Source: Octopus vulgaris
Taxonomy: Eukaryota
Assembly (NCBI GenBank): GCA_951406725.2
Contig: OX597823.1
Location: 61,876,001-61,940,000, forward strand
Reading direction: 5' to 3'
Length of the DNA: 64,000 bases
Shown here: positions 38,874-53,329 of the stretch, in pieces
Position numbering within the stretch: position 1 is the stretch's first letter
Layout of the letters: each line of letters opens with the position of its first letter
Position numbers and translations under genes: made by a program
The notes under the pieces: model-generated
Told to the model about the DNA's origin: nothing
The model's input: the letters and a program-made list of their open reading frames with translations, nothing else
Databases searched by the model: none

Positions 38874-41800
38874 GTATATATGTATGTCTGTGGTATTCTT
38901 GCTTGTGTTTTGCGCTCTCCATTGCTTGACAATTGGTGTTGGTTTGTTAACATCTCTGTAATTTAGTATCTGGCAAAAGAGATCAATAGATTAATTACCA
39001 GATTTTAAAGAAAAGATATGTGCTGAGGTTGATTTGTTTGGCTAAAACCCCAAAGCAGTGCTCCAGCATGTCCACAGTCCAATGATAGAAACAAATAAAG
39101 ATGAAATATAAAAGCTTCATTATAATGAAGATTGGCAGAAGGCCACAAATTTATAGAATAGCCAACTGAATAAATCCTTTTCCATCAATATTTTTACAGT
39201 AATTATTTTATCAATGCTGGAGGTACTTGAACTTAAAATATAAATACTACTAGCGATAGTGTAACAAGTGTATATGTCACCTGGGTGAACCCTGCATTTA
39301 ACTCTACCATGCAAAACTCAGCAGGATATATATCAACCACAAAGCATTTTGTAATTTTGTCCTAAATGTCCATGTTTGTTTTCAGATTTTTAGTTAGCAT
39401 TTGGTTCATATGTTCTGAGTAATATAAAAGCTTTCCTTTCATAAGTCTCAAGTTACTCTCGCAATTGCAGAAAAAAAAAATTGAAAATGTGTGTTGTATA
39501 TGATGCATGGACATCAAGGAAACATATCCTGTATATCACATGATACACAAAACAGGCAAAAGGTTTAAGTGCCACTTCTTCCAACATTTCACCTAAGATG
39601 GATGGCGAGTTTAATTATGCTTATGGCCAGGTGAAAATTACAGCAAAGAAGTTAAGTCAAGAATTGACTAGGCCGAGGCTGCTTTTGGTGTGACCAAACA
39701 TAAATTGTCAAAGAAACAACAATTAATTAGAAGTAACAAGTCTTAGAAGCATACTTAGAATTGTTTTCTTACTAATGGTTGTGTGTGGAGTGTGCGTCTT
39801 AGCGGTTAAGGTATTGGATAAAAAAAATTATGGTTTTGATTGCTGGACTCAGCAACGCATTATGTTCTTGAGGAAAGCACTTCATTTCATGTTGCTTAGT
39901 CCACTCAGCTGGCAAAAATGTGTAATCCTGTGATGGACAAGTGTCCCCTCTAGTTAGGGAATATATACACCATGAAATCAGCCCTTATGAGTTGGTATGC
40001 TTTAAGAAGGTAACTTTACTTTTGTCAGGTGCATGATTTTGTGGTTAGGGTGTTGGATTCATGATTGTAAGATTGTGGTTTTGATTCCTGGACTGGGTGA
40101 CGTGTGCTCTTGAGCAAAATGCTTCATTTCATGTTGCTCCAGTCCACTCTGCTGGCAAACATGAGTAATCCTCCAATGGACTGGTGTCCCGTCCAGGTGG
40201 AGAATTAATATGCCATGGAAACTGGAAAACCAGACAGAAAAGACAAAGGTGCATGGTCACTGACTCCTGAAGACACTGTACATTAAGAAGTGACCAGCTG
40301 GTACTTCCAATCCATTATTTTATTTCTACCAACCTACCATCCTCATAACAACAGCAATAATCCTTAACATAAACACTAGGACTCAATGTTTGGAGAAGGG
40401 CATCGTACAGTTTGGGACAAACTGTGGTTTGAGGGGCTTTCTGAATGGCATGCCTAATGAAAAATTACCTTCAGTTTTTTTATTAATGCAGCCCAATATC
40501 TGATGAGCCATGTCTCATGTGGCCTGCTTCTTGGAAAGGGTTGCCCATTCTTCATATACTTGATCAAACCAGTCCCAGTTTTTCACCAGTACTTTGTTTT
40601 AGCAGCCCTGGAAGAATGGAAGACAAGGTTGACTTTGGCAGAATTTGAAATCTGCTCATATAGAGGAATAACTAAATAGACAAATTATTGGTTTCAAATT
40701 TTGGCACAAGGCCAGCAAGTTTGGGTTTGTGGGCTTATCAATTACATCATCTCCAGTCCTCAACTGGTACTTACTTTATTGACCCTGAAAAGATAAAAGG
40801 CAAAGTCAACCTCAGTGGAATTTGAACTCAGAACATAAAGACAAACAGAAAGGCGACTAAGTATTTTGCTCGGCATGCCAGCTCACTGCTCTCTTCAGTA
40901 AATTATTGATACTTATTTTATTAACCCCACTAACCCACTTCGAGAAGGTGGTGGGGTGGAGGGAGAAAAATCCATTCAACATTAGATTTGAACTCAGAAT
41001 GCTCAGAGACATCACCAAATAACAAGAAAGCCTTGGTCACTCTTCTATTTCTGCTGCTGAGATTATGTTTAATTAACATAGTTATAGAACAGGAAATTAC
41101 AAACAAACTATATAATTGGTAATTATTGTTACTGCTTCTTTGGGATTGGAATACAGGAACAAAATACTACGCAGCATTTTATCCAACACTAATTCACTGA
41201 TCTTTGATTCTGTCCAAACCAAATCTAATTATCACAATAATTAAAATCAAACTTCCAAAATTAGAAGAAGGGAGAAAAAAACGTATTAAAAATTGTAAGT
41301 AGGTGCATGGCTCTGTGGTAAGAAGCTTGCTTTCCAAACATGTGGTCTCAGGTGCAGTCCCACCATGCAGCAACTTGGGCTGCTGTCTTCTACTATAGTT
41401 TTGAGCCAACCAAAGACTTACGAGTGGATTTGTCAGACAGAAATTGAAAGAAGCTCAGGCATGGCTGTGTGGTAAGAAGCTTGCTTCCCAATCACATGGT
41501 TCTGAATTCAATCCAACTGCATTGTACCTTGAGCAAGTGTCTTCTACTATATCCTCAGGTTGATCAAAGCCTTGTGAATGGATCTGGTAGATGGAAACTG
41601 AAAAAAGCAGCTTGTCATATATATATATATATATAAATATCATCATCACTGTTTAACACCCATTTTCTATACTGGCATGGGATGGATGGTTTGACTGAGG
41701 TCTGGAGATAAAGTGGGTGCACCAGGCTCCAATCTGATCTGGCAATGTTTCTACAGCTGGATGCCCTTCCTAACACCAACAACTCCAAGAGTGTAGTGAA

Positions 41801-42222
41801 TGCTTTTTACATGCCACCAGCACAGAAGCCAGTCAGGGGGTATGGCTTTGGCCATGTTCGGAGGGCGCTTTTTGTATGTCACCGACACCAAAGCCAGTCA
41901 GGCTGCCATAGCATGAATCATGTTCAGATAGTGCTTTTTACATGTCACTGGCACAAGAGCCAATCAGGGGGTACTGGCATTGGCCACATTCAGGTGGTGC
42001 TTTTTACGTGCCACCAACACGGGAGCCAGTCAGGTTCCAATAACACCATTACATTAAATTACATAAAATAACAACACCATTAGAAATATGATAGGTGTTA
42101 TACAATCCTAGTCACATGCACACATGCATATGCATGTGCATGTTTCTGTGTGCATTATATATATCTCTATCTTTCTATCTATATATACTTATATGTATAT
42201 ACATGTGCATATGTATATACAC

Positions 42223-42257
<35 letters not shown>

Positions 42258-42324
42258 CATACATAAATGCATACATACATATACACACATATTTATATAT
42301 GTGTGTGTGTGTGTGTATATATAT

Positions 42325-42370
<46 letters not shown>

Positions 42371-42729
42371 TACATACATATATATATATATAATGATGAT
42401 ATATATATGTATGTATGTATATATATATATATATATATACATATTTATTTATTTATATGCATATATGGGTACAGGACGTCACCAACTGTAAACAACTTGA
42501 AGTACAAAAACAAGCGAGTTAAATAAGCAAATAGCAAGAGAAAAAAAACTGAAAACAGGACAAGTAACACAAAGAACGACCCTTCATCAGTTGTTGGCTG
42601 TCTATCAACTCCTCATTTCAAGCATTCAATGACAATATGAGTCTCCAATGACAATTGCTCCCATAACTTCCAAAACAAATTTTGGATTTTATGGAGGGTC
42701 AAAGTTGGGACAGGTCTTTTCAAGTTCAG

Positions 42730-43330
42730 TATTTTGCTAAAGGTCTCAGTTATCTGTCACTGCTTCTGTGAAGCTCAACACTCAAATGGTGGCTTTTACA
42801 TGTTACCAGTATGGGTGCCAGTCACACAGTACTAGCATCAGCCCCAACTACAATTTCACTTGGCTTAACAGATCTTCTCCAGTACAGCATATCACCCAAT
42901 ATTCAAATGGTGCTTTTTACATGCCAGTTAAGCAACACTGGCATCGGCCACAACTATGTTCCCACTTGGCTTGACGGGTCTTCTGAAGCATAGCATATCA
43001 CCAAAGGTTTTGGTCACTTGTCATTGCCTCTGTGAGGCCCAACATTCGGAGATCATGCTTCACCACCTCGTCCCATGTCTTCTTGGGTCTACCTCTCCTA
43101 CAAGTTCCCTCCACTGTTAGAGTGTGGCACTTCTTTACACAGCTGTTCTCATCCATATGCATCACATGACCATACCAGCGCAGTTGTCTCTCTTGCACAC
43201 CACATCTGATTCTTCTTTTGTCCAACTTTTCTCTCAGGACACTTACACTCTGTCATGCATGCACACTGACATTACACATCCAGTGAAGCATACTAGCTTC
43301 ATTTCTTTCAAACCAATGCATGTCCTCAGT
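42730..43330 (-). mobile_element. 3' fragment of RTE-clade LINE (C-terminal ORF plus start of 3' UTR)
   Basis: ORF 42998..43225: QERQLRWYGHVMHMDENSCVKK..VEGTCRRGRPKKTWDEVVKHDL, the typical RTE C-terminus; distal 3' UTR at ~41640-42035. Confidence 0.85.
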
Positions 43331-43529
43331 GGTAATAAAAGAGTATACACGTGTATATATACATACACACACACACACACAAGCATACACACATGTATAT
43401 ACCTATGTGTGTCCTCCCACCACCTCTTGACAACTAGTGTTGGTTTGTTTACATTCGTAACTTAGCAATTCAGCAAAATCAACCAACAGAATAAGTAGAA
43501 GGTTTTAAAAATAACCAGTGGTATTCAAT

Positions 43530-44346
43530 TCGTTCGACCAAATCCTTCAAGGTGGTGCCCCAGCATGACCACAGTCAAACGACTTGAAACAAGTAGAAGA
43601 GGAGACGGATGATAATTTCTTGTGCTTCTTGACATCCGTAGATTGCGCTAGCGTGCGTTGAGAACTGATAGTGTCGACCTCTAGCGAGATCTCCCCCCCT
43701 TCGTTCTTATAGTGTGTGTGAGAAGCGAAGTAATAACATAAGAAGAAGAGGAGGAGGAGAAGACGGACGATGCGAGCAGACAGCAGCGTGTCTCACGTTA
43801 AACTATATATACATATATATATATATATTTCTTGAGCGTCAAAAACTCCTCATTTGCCGTCCAACTATTGAGATAGTGGAGGAGAGAGAGAGCTAAAATA
43901 TTCGTTTACAATTTGAAGCAGCAGTCATAGATTGAGCTGTAGTTGTTGTAGTAGTGGAAAGGAAAGTACAGCTGAAATCAGCTGAAAAATCCTAGCAGTT
44001 TGCTCCATCAAGTTTTGTTTGTTGTTTGATGACACATAGTCTCTCATTCACTCACAGACTCTGTAAACGTTTACATCGGCTGCTGGATCCTACCGTTACA
44101 GTCGACTGAACTCTTGTTGTATTTTGAGCCCGTGGGAATTATAAACCCAAAGTAAGGGGTGTGGAAAAACAAACCTTTTTGTCACATAATCGCGAGAATA
44201 TACATTAAATAATAACAACAATATTAAAAAAAATATTACAAAAAAAGGAGAATTTCTATAATTGACTGACAGTTTCCGTAGATGATGTGACAAGATTGTC
44301 TTCCTATGTCACAGCAAAGGTAAGTTGTTTATCTTAATAAAATATG

Positions 44347-44398
<52 letters not shown>

Positions 44399-44691
44399 AC
44401 ACTCACACACATAACATCCAGAGAAAGTGAGTGTGTACAAACGTTTGTTGATAAACCGGCTGACAGAGCTAATAACGTGTTACAAGATCCAACATTTTAC
44501 CCATGTTCTAAACATTTAGTTTTGGGCCTTTCGTTTTTCTATTACTGTTATTTTTCACATAATCTGAAAAAAACGAAAAAAAAGCGAAGGGGCGTTAACG
44601 CCCCCACCAAATGATTTAGCATACCCATCCATATAGATCTGTTTGCTTAATTTGTCTGTCATAATTTATCTGTCTATATGTCTAGCTATCA

Positions 44692-44728
<37 letters not shown>

Positions 44729-46754
44729 GCTTGTCCTTTTTTTACTCGTTCTATGTTGGGCCACTGTCTTGAAGGGAATAGTCTGCTGTATAGATCCCAC
44801 TATGCTCCTATTTGTCAAACCTCTAAGATATAAGCCATAAAGGGACATACAGTGTATATACACATGTATTTGTAAATGTAAGGTCTTTGAGTAATTGTCA
44901 TTTAACTTAATGAAGTGCAGTAAATGTTAATACACGTTTGGAGTCTTTTACTTGTTTCAGTCATTAGACTGCTGCCTTGCCGGGGCATCGCCTTTAAGAA
45001 TTTTGGTCGAACGAGCCGATTCCCAGTACTGACTTTTTTTAAAAACCTGGTACTTATTCTATCAGTCTCTTACTACAAAATGTTTGTTTTTTTTATGAAG
45101 AGATTTAGAAATGATAACTTTTATTTTCTATAATTAAAACTTTTATTCTATAATTTCATCATACCCCTAATGCAGTTGTGTATTTAACTATCTGCACTTG
45201 TTTAGGTTTGGTGTTCGAAACTTCAGTACTGTACCACGTTGTTATTTGTTTAAGCGCACTCCTAATTGAAAAGAACTATGATGGAAGGCGTTCCGGCCGT
45301 GACCATTCCACCTTGTTTTGTATATCCATAACCACATTCAATGTGTCCTAAGAAGGTAGGGGGTGATTTGAGGTAGATATGGATGCTATACGAGGTTCCT
45401 TGTTTGGTTCGCTTCAGACTGTTCGGGCAAGCGTTGAAGAAAAGTTGCTGACGAGCCTATAATCGCGTCTAGGCATTCTTTTTGCGAAATAAACCATTCC
45501 ACTTACATCACTATTCATGCCTTTGTGAAAGGCATGAATATCGTGATGTCCCATTTTCCTTTGGTCTCTGTATCTATTAGGATTATTAAATCTTACGTTA
45601 AACATCATGTACATCCTAATTCTTGAAATGACACGGACGTGATCCCCCTGGGATCGTTAAACTAAGTACTTGTAAAATAAAAATTAAAAAGAACAACATA
45701 TTGATGTGAGATCTGTGGCCATGTGCCTAAGCTAGAGACCAATATTATTATAATTGCTGGCTTCTTCCCTCAAGAGGAAGCTGACACATCTAACGGCCAG
45801 TCAGAATAGATTACTAATGCTTCATCAAATAAGTCTCAGATGGAGTGGACAGCAACCTTCATCCATCCGACGAGGATAACCTTTACGAGGTTGTTCATTA
45901 TGCTAGAAATAACAGCAAAATCATACCCCTTCCATTTAAGTAAAGAAAGGATAATGTTGCAATGGATTAAAAAAAAAGAAACGGAGACGAGCTGGTCACG
46001 CTTGGAAACGTCTCTGATTACAGGTCTGCCTCAAGCGAAGACAATCAACAATCACTGCCTCTTGTCACAATGTTTATTTATATAGTTTACTACAACTTGT
46101 GATGACATTTTATGTATTGATGACTAAATGTCATACGCACACATCAGAGTATATGTGTGTGTGTGTGTGTAATGTTTAGGTATTATTTACACGGCCGGTT
46201 AACTAATATTATGTATAAACTGAATGTGTGTATATGGGCTATATACAAACATATACATGTTTTGTGCGTATGTATGTATAGCGTGTCGTATGACTGATAT
46301 ATATAGGTTTTAGATAGATAGATAGATAGAGAGAGAGAGCTTGTCACTCTATATGCTGTGATGTATACGTTTTAAATTACCATGTCTCTCTTATACATCG
46401 GTGTTTACGTTGTCTCTGTATACACACTGATGTGAATAGTTACATATACCATTTCTCTCAGCATCCACCGGTGTACACTGATTCCTTTATACCGTGTTTC
46501 TGTGTGTTGATGAGTTCTGTTTTTCTGTGCCCAGATGCGAACTGGCTTAAAACCACACATGCATATATATTTAGCTTGTATCTATAAACAATATATTGTA
46601 TGAATTATATGTCTCGATTTTGTTTCATCATATACACACCGGTGTCGACGGTTTCAATGTTTCATATTTTAAAGCTTATATGTTTGGGTTATATATACTT
46701 AAGACACTGTTTTATGTATGTATGTATGTACGTATGTATGTATGTATGTATGTA

Positions 46755-46804
<50 letters not shown>

Positions 46805-47500
46805 CAGCAATATCTGTACCTCGTGTATGTTATACTACAGTATTTATAGCTTGTCACTTTGTATATGCATCATTAGAGGTGCAACCCCCTAAAGATTTCT
46901 TTTACAACAGATCTAATTATATCCTCAGTATTTCGGATGCATTTGAAATTAGAAGATATGAACAACAAATGTTAGAGTACATGCGCGTGTGTTTGAGTGT
47001 AATGGGTCCTTTTGCTATATTCATTTATATTTTAAGTAGACGAAATCTGTAACATATTTTCACTAGTTTCTCACATGTGTTTTAGAATCTTCTATCCCAT
47101 CTCTCTATTGTTCGTGTTTAGTTTATTTTGAGTTTCTTACCCACCATATGTGTATGTGTCAACAAACATACACACATGCATACTGTACACATACACCCCC
47201 CAGAAATGTACGTTTTGGCAGTGTTTCTCATAGACTGCTGCTGTGAGGATTGAAAAAAAAGGGCGGAATAAATGCCATTCAAAATGAAATTAAGTTGGCT
47301 TTGAACTTTTCAAACTTGCCAGACACTTATGGCGAAAAATGAGTTATCTGAATGCAAATTTTTGTTTTGTCTTAATGCAGAGGCAAAAAGATTTCGCTTA
47401 CACACACACACATACATATACGTACGTGCGTGTGTGTATGTTGGTTTATTTACGTCCACGGTACTTAGCGGTTATCAAAAATAAACAGATAGAATAAGCA
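43530..47500 (+). promoter_or_regulatory. CpG-retaining (probably unmethylated) promoter/first-intron region
   Basis: Visibly more CG dinucleotides in both unique DNA and SINE copies than in flanking DNA; unique sequence 43620-44320 ends in a consensus donor. Confidence 0.55.
43870..44319 (+). other. Probable first exon of an unidentified gene (5' boundary uncertain; possible start ATG 44306, MSQQ)
   Basis: Perfect donor AAG|GTAAGT at 44319/44320 at the end of unique, CpG-containing sequence. Confidence 0.55.
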
Positions 47501-47651
47501 CTAGAGTCTATTTGTTTGACTAACGCCTTCAAGGTAGTGCCCCAGCATGGCCACAAGCGAATGACTGAAACTTGTAAAATGTAATGTGTGAATGTGTATA
47601 TATAGATACAGAGAGAGAGAGAGAGAGATTATATATTTATATATGTGTGTG

Positions 47652-47691
<40 letters not shown>

Positions 47692-48176
47692 GACATGTAT
47701 GTATATGATAATATATACACACACACACACACATATATATATATGCACACACATAAATATGTATGTATATACATGAATGCATATATATATTGACATGAAA
47801 CCTAAAAAAATCCCATAAACCAGCCCAGCCTTATCTAACTTGAATATAGATATAGATAGATAGATACATTCATATACATATTAATATCTATTTATTTTGA
47901 TATACATATACCAACATATATACAATTATGTACACACGCGCGTTTATGATTATGAACATATACACATATATGCAGAAATAAGTCTCTCTACTCGCTGCAT
48001 AGGAATGGCAACCAAATCTCTCAAATCACAGAACTATCATTGCAAGCAAAATGCTTCAATCAGAGCTACATTACACAGTGTGGTCATAGGTGAACTGTAG
48101 TACAGGGACATAAAGAAGCCAACATGCACACATACATTATCACTTGAAGATCACACCCCTTCAAACGTCCCTTCAA

Positions 48177-48612
48177 AGTTGTAACTGTTAGCACCCAGAA
48201 ACTTGCCCACTTACCAGGTATGCATAATCAACTCAGTGGTTTATGAAGCCAAAGTCACAGCAGTGCTCCAAAAGGATTAGCCAAAAGAAAAATTACATTG
48301 GTATATGTAAAGGTAATTTTAAAAGAAGATATGCAAGCTACCAGTCTTCTTTCTGACATGTGAATGAGTAGAAAGTCACATAGTTAGCTAGCCATATCTG
48401 GGATTTGAAGGCCAACTGTACCCCACAGACCATCAAGTGGAGTATTGTGGTGTGATCCATACCAGACATAAACGGATCAGAGATGCAGGCTTTGTTTAGC
48501 TATAAAATCTCATATTCCACTGAGACCTAAGAACTCCATGGACCTACTAAATTCCAGACCTGAAATTTTTATGAAATGTAAACATATGGATAAATTTCTT
48601 TTGTTGAACTGG
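48177..48612 (+). pseudogene. GIY-YIG endonuclease C-terminus of a Penelope-like (Naiad-type) element
   Basis: SCNC*..CPL..VVYEAKVT..NYIGICKGNFKRRY..SF..T*LASHIWDLK..IKWSIV..CRLCL..LLNSRPEIFMKCKH; followed by a pyrimidine-rich UTR and an HHR-like remnant CTGAAAGA...GAAACtaacaGTA at ~48871-48958. Confidence 0.8.
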
Positions 48613-50261
48613 AGTACACCACCCTCTCCAAATTAGGCATGCAGTATCATAGACATTGACCCTTTCCCCCTTTGAATTACTTTACGCCTATTACATTGAT
48701 TCTTATTCAAACAAGCAGAAAGGGCATAACTCTTAATTGTCTCTTTGAATTCTATTTTTCTTCCTTTTTTTTTCATTCTTTTTGTTTTTACCTTCCTCTC
48801 ATCTTGTTTTGTGTTTTCTCAAAGACCAGCATCCTTATTTTTTCAAAAACCACAACCAATATTGTGTGTTTGAGTCTGAAAGATTACTAAGAAATACAAA
48901 GTATGCTATACAAGCTCATCAGTTTGTGTTTCCACTGCATGAAACTAACAGTATCTTGGGTTTGAATATTGTGTATATTAAATGATATTTATATCTCACT
49001 GGATGGAGTACTTCTTTTTTGTGGATATCATCAATAACAGTAAATTATATGTACATGTGTGTGAGGTGTTTATGTGTAACTCCCCCCTCCCCGCCACACA
49101 ATATATATTTGCATATATGTATCTACATGTATTTATGTATGTGTATGTATGGTTACATGTACACATATGTATGTATACATTTGTGTATGTATTCATGCAT
49201 GTATGAGTGTATAATGTATACATACACTCTTTTACTCTTTTACTTGTTTCAGTCATTTGACTGCGGCCATGCTGGAGCACCGCCTTTAGTCAAGCAAATC
49301 GACCCCGGGACTTATTCTTTGTAAGCCCAGTACTTATTCTATCGGTCTCTTTTACCGAACCGCTAAGTGATGGGGACGTAAACACACCAGCATCGGTTGT
49401 CAAACACAGGGGGACAAACACAGACACACAAACATATACACACACACATACATATATACGACAGGCTTCTTTCAGTTTCCGTCTACCAAATCCACTCACA
49501 AGGCTTTGGTCGGCCCGAGGCCATAGCAGAAGACACTTGCCCAAGATGACACGCAGTGGGACTGAACCCGGAACCATGTGGTTGGTTAGCAAGCTACTTA
49601 CCACACAGCCACTCCTGCACCTATGTATATAATATATATTTATGTACATATCTCTGTATCCTTACTTTCTTGAGCTCTCAACTTTTGATTGATTCACAAG
49701 GTGTTGCTGTGACATACTGCATATGTTAGGCATCAAAACCTAGCTCCTCTTAGATTTTGAGCACAGCCAGTTTCTTGAAGAGAAAGAGATAATGTTTGAA
49801 GAATTGACCCCAGCACTGGATTAGTTCTTAATGATGAATCCCACCGGAATGAAAGGCAGATTTGATCTCAGCAGGGATTGAACTTAGAGCACAAAGTGTC
49901 AGAATGAAAAGCAATTTAATTGATGCACTGACTAATTTGCCATTGTGGTACCTCACTGTGTGTGTGTATACAAATTGTCTATAGAATATGTTTGTGTATG
50001 TCTATATTTGTGTGTGTGTGTGTGTGTGTGTGTATCTGCAGATATACATTTGTACATCTCTCTTTCTCTATCCATATATATGTGTTTGTGTATATGTATA
50101 TATCTGTGCATAAATCTATCTATTTGTGCACATGCATGCATGTGTGTAATTGCACATCTGTTTATTTGTTTATATGAATTGTGTGTGTGTTTGTGTGTGC
50201 ATATGCTGGTGTAATTAAAATATTAGTTTTCTCTGTCTTTGTATTGCTTTTAAGTCTATTC

Positions 50262-50292
<31 letters not shown>

Positions 50293-51781
50293 GTAAATAT
50301 GTAAGTATGTTTGATGTATAAGTATGTATGCATAACATTATATATGTGTGTGTGTACCTCAATACCAGCCCAGTTACTTAATCAATATTTCTCTCCCTAT
50401 GTGGGGCGCCTACTAAAGCGACTACTATCCCCCCACTTCACTGCATTACACTTCCTGAACATCCCTAAATAGTTGCTTATTTATGTTTATTAAGACAGCA
50501 ATTAAAAACATTTGCTTTCCTCCCATCCCATGCCCTTTCATTTTCTATCAACAGCAGACTACTTTGAGCAGGGAGTACTTCTTAGAAGCGATTCCAAGAC
50601 AGCATTTCCATTAAATTGTTTGTGCTTGTATGGCAGGCTGTATAGACTACATTGATCAGTAAGAAATAGCAGCCAAATTTCTTTCAAATTACACCTCCCA
50701 GTCCAAAATTTAGAAAAGATTTGAGCAATGTAGTCCTTGACATTCAACATCATATATGGTAGAATGGTTATGGGTGGCATAAACATCACTATTAATGACA
50801 GCAATATTTTTATTATTTTTTTTAAAAATCATCATGCATCAAATGTTTCTACCAAGTCATCTTTATACATATTTATTTATAGTGAATTAAATAATAGATT
50901 ATTTGTTAATCTGCATTGTCTGTACTCAGAAAGATATCCTTTGGGTGGGGGTTTTTTTCCCCCTATTTTATATAAAAATACATACATGCATTCACACATT
51001 CATATATAAATAATGATAATAATAATAATCCTTTCTGCTGTAGGCTCAAGGCCTGAAATTTAAGGGAGGAGAATAGTTGACTACATCGACCCCAGTGTTT
51101 CACTAGTACTTAATTTATCGACCCCGAAAGGATGAAAGGCAAAGTCAACCTCGGCAGAATTTGAACTCAGAACATGAAGACAGATGAAATGCTAAACATT
51201 TTGCCCGGCATACTAACAATTCTGCCAGTATGTGGCCTTAATAGTAATAATAATAGTTTCAAATTTTGCCACAAGGACAGCCATTTTGTGGGAGGGGATG
51301 TGTCGATTACATCAGCACCAGTTTTCAACTCTGAAAGGATGACTTAATAATAATAATAATCCTTTCTACAATAGGCACAAGGCCTGAAATTTGGGGAAGG
51401 GGTATAGTCAATTACATGAACCCCTAGTACTCAACTGGTACTTATTCTGTCAACCCTGGCAGCATTTAAACTTACAGACGAAATCCCACTAAGCATTCTA
51501 CTCCTGGGAGCCACTAATTTCGCTAGCTCGCCACCCTAATAATAATAAGTTTCAAATTTTGGCACAAGGCCAGCAATTTCAGGGGTGGGGGAAAATCGAT
51601 TAGACCAACCCCAGTGATCAATTGATACATATTTTATCGATGTCAAAATGATGAAAGGCAAAGTTGACCTCAGTAGAATTTGAACTCAGAATGTAAAGAT
51701 GAATGAAATGCCTGCTAAACATTTACTCAGTGTGCTAATAATTCTGTCTGCTCACCACCCAATTAATAATACTAATAATAA

Positions 51782-51852
<71 letters not shown>

Positions 51853-52580
51853 CGTTCTTGTCCCATTTTGTATATATATATATATATATAAGAAGATTAA
51901 TAATTATACATATGTATTTTTTTTTATTACAATAGCTGATTCTTCACATCTAGTTATTTAAATTTCCTGTTTTGATTTGTTGGATATATATATATATATG
52001 TATATATATATACACACACACAGAGGGAGAGAGAGATATAGATATTTATGTATGCATATATTATCCCATCTTTTTGTGTGTGTATGTGTATGGCTTGTGT
52101 TCTTTGCTAATTAAGATGATAGAAAGTGGTTTGCGGGAAATTTTACTCCTATTTCTAGCAGGTCAAGTGTTTGCATAGAGGACTTCCCCTTTCCTTATTG
52201 GCTTGAAGTAAACTTGGTTGTTGTTGCTTAGCTGCAAATCAGCCACAATTGAACAGACCTAGAAAGAAGGACGGTCCTGTTGTGACTATCCTATTGTATA
52301 TCTGAGACAGGAAGTACACTATAGCCCTTGTTTAAGATGGTATGGTAATTTTAGGGAAATGTGGCTACTATTTCCAGCAGATTGAGTGGCCATATAGATG
52401 CTTTTTGTTGAATAATGGAACCATATTTTAATGTCACTACACAGATTATGATACATATTGTTATGTAGTGATACAGCTTGCAGACTAGCTAATACCCTTG
52501 TCTACCAGAAAATAATTCACTCTCTCATCGTATTTCATTCCTTCAGTAAGGTGATTGGTGTCAATGGCATTGAGATTTAC

Positions 52581-52813
52581 TTAACCTTTTAGCATTTAAT
52601 CCAGCTATATCCAGCCCAGATATTCTATATGTTCTATGTTAAAACTGACCAGATCCAACCTCTTACACCAACCCTACAATGTCATTCTGAAAATATACAC
52701 ACACACACACACCATTGAAATCTTGAAGCTACAAGATAATGCATGATTAATTCAAAACAATGTAAATAAATAAGCATTACATTTGACAAAGAAATCGGAA
52801 TGCTAATGGGTTG
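52581..52813. mobile_element. piggyBac-type MITE (relatives at ~7270-7462, ~28375-28597)
   Basis: ttaaccttttagcatt...aatgctaatgggttga; TTAA-like termini. Confidence 0.65.
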
Positions 52814-52958
52814 AGGAGTGGCTGGGAGGGTTGCCAAGGTTGAGAGGAAAGGCTGATAGTGATTTGGTTACATATGTACATATATTTACTTATGCATCAT
52901 TATACTGAGGATTGTACAAAAACTTTGATCTCATTTTTTTTCTTTGTTTTGTTTTTAG

Positions 52959-52978
52959 ACATTAAATTAGTCCTTGAG
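52959..52978 (+). other. Candidate 20-nt micro-exon
   Basis: Long polypyrimidine tract + TTTAG acceptor; GAG|GTAAAT donor. Confidence 0.35.
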
Positions 52979-53086
52979 GTAAATTTTGTCTAGATTAGAT
53001 AATCTGTCAATTGAAGTTTTTCAGCTCTCTATATTCCAACAATATGACCTTAATATAATGCCTTATATTGACTAAAACCTCCAAGA

Positions 53087-53329
53087 CAGTGGTTCTCAAC
53101 CATTTTTCCTATGGTTCCCTTTGATTCCTATTTTCCTCTACTGGACCTCCATAGCCATTTATTGTATATTAACAAATATCTTACTGTATTTTTATATTTA
53201 AGTATTATTAGGAAATGTATAACAAAAATATATTTGTGGAAGTATTAGCACTTTATTGCTCATAAATTTTAACAACAAAATCTTACACGGGCTGTAAAGG
53301 GCCACATGGACTCTGGCTGAGAACTACTG
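53087..53329. mobile_element. hAT (Charlie-like) MITE
   Basis: TIRs cagtggttctcaacc / ggctgagaactactg; 8-bp TSD ctccaaga vs ctctaaga. Confidence 0.8.

Noticed and set aside
41800-42030. Repeat-spacer-like array (gtgctttttacgtgccacc..., ~60-nt period; also 62800-62900)
   Set aside because: Internal tandem repeats of the RTE 3' UTR; spacers are homologous to each other
48180-48460. In-frame TGA codons as selenocysteine (reported for some Naiad elements)
   Set aside because: Stops fall at Arg-like, not Cys, positions, include TAG, and co-occur with frameshifts; ordinary decay
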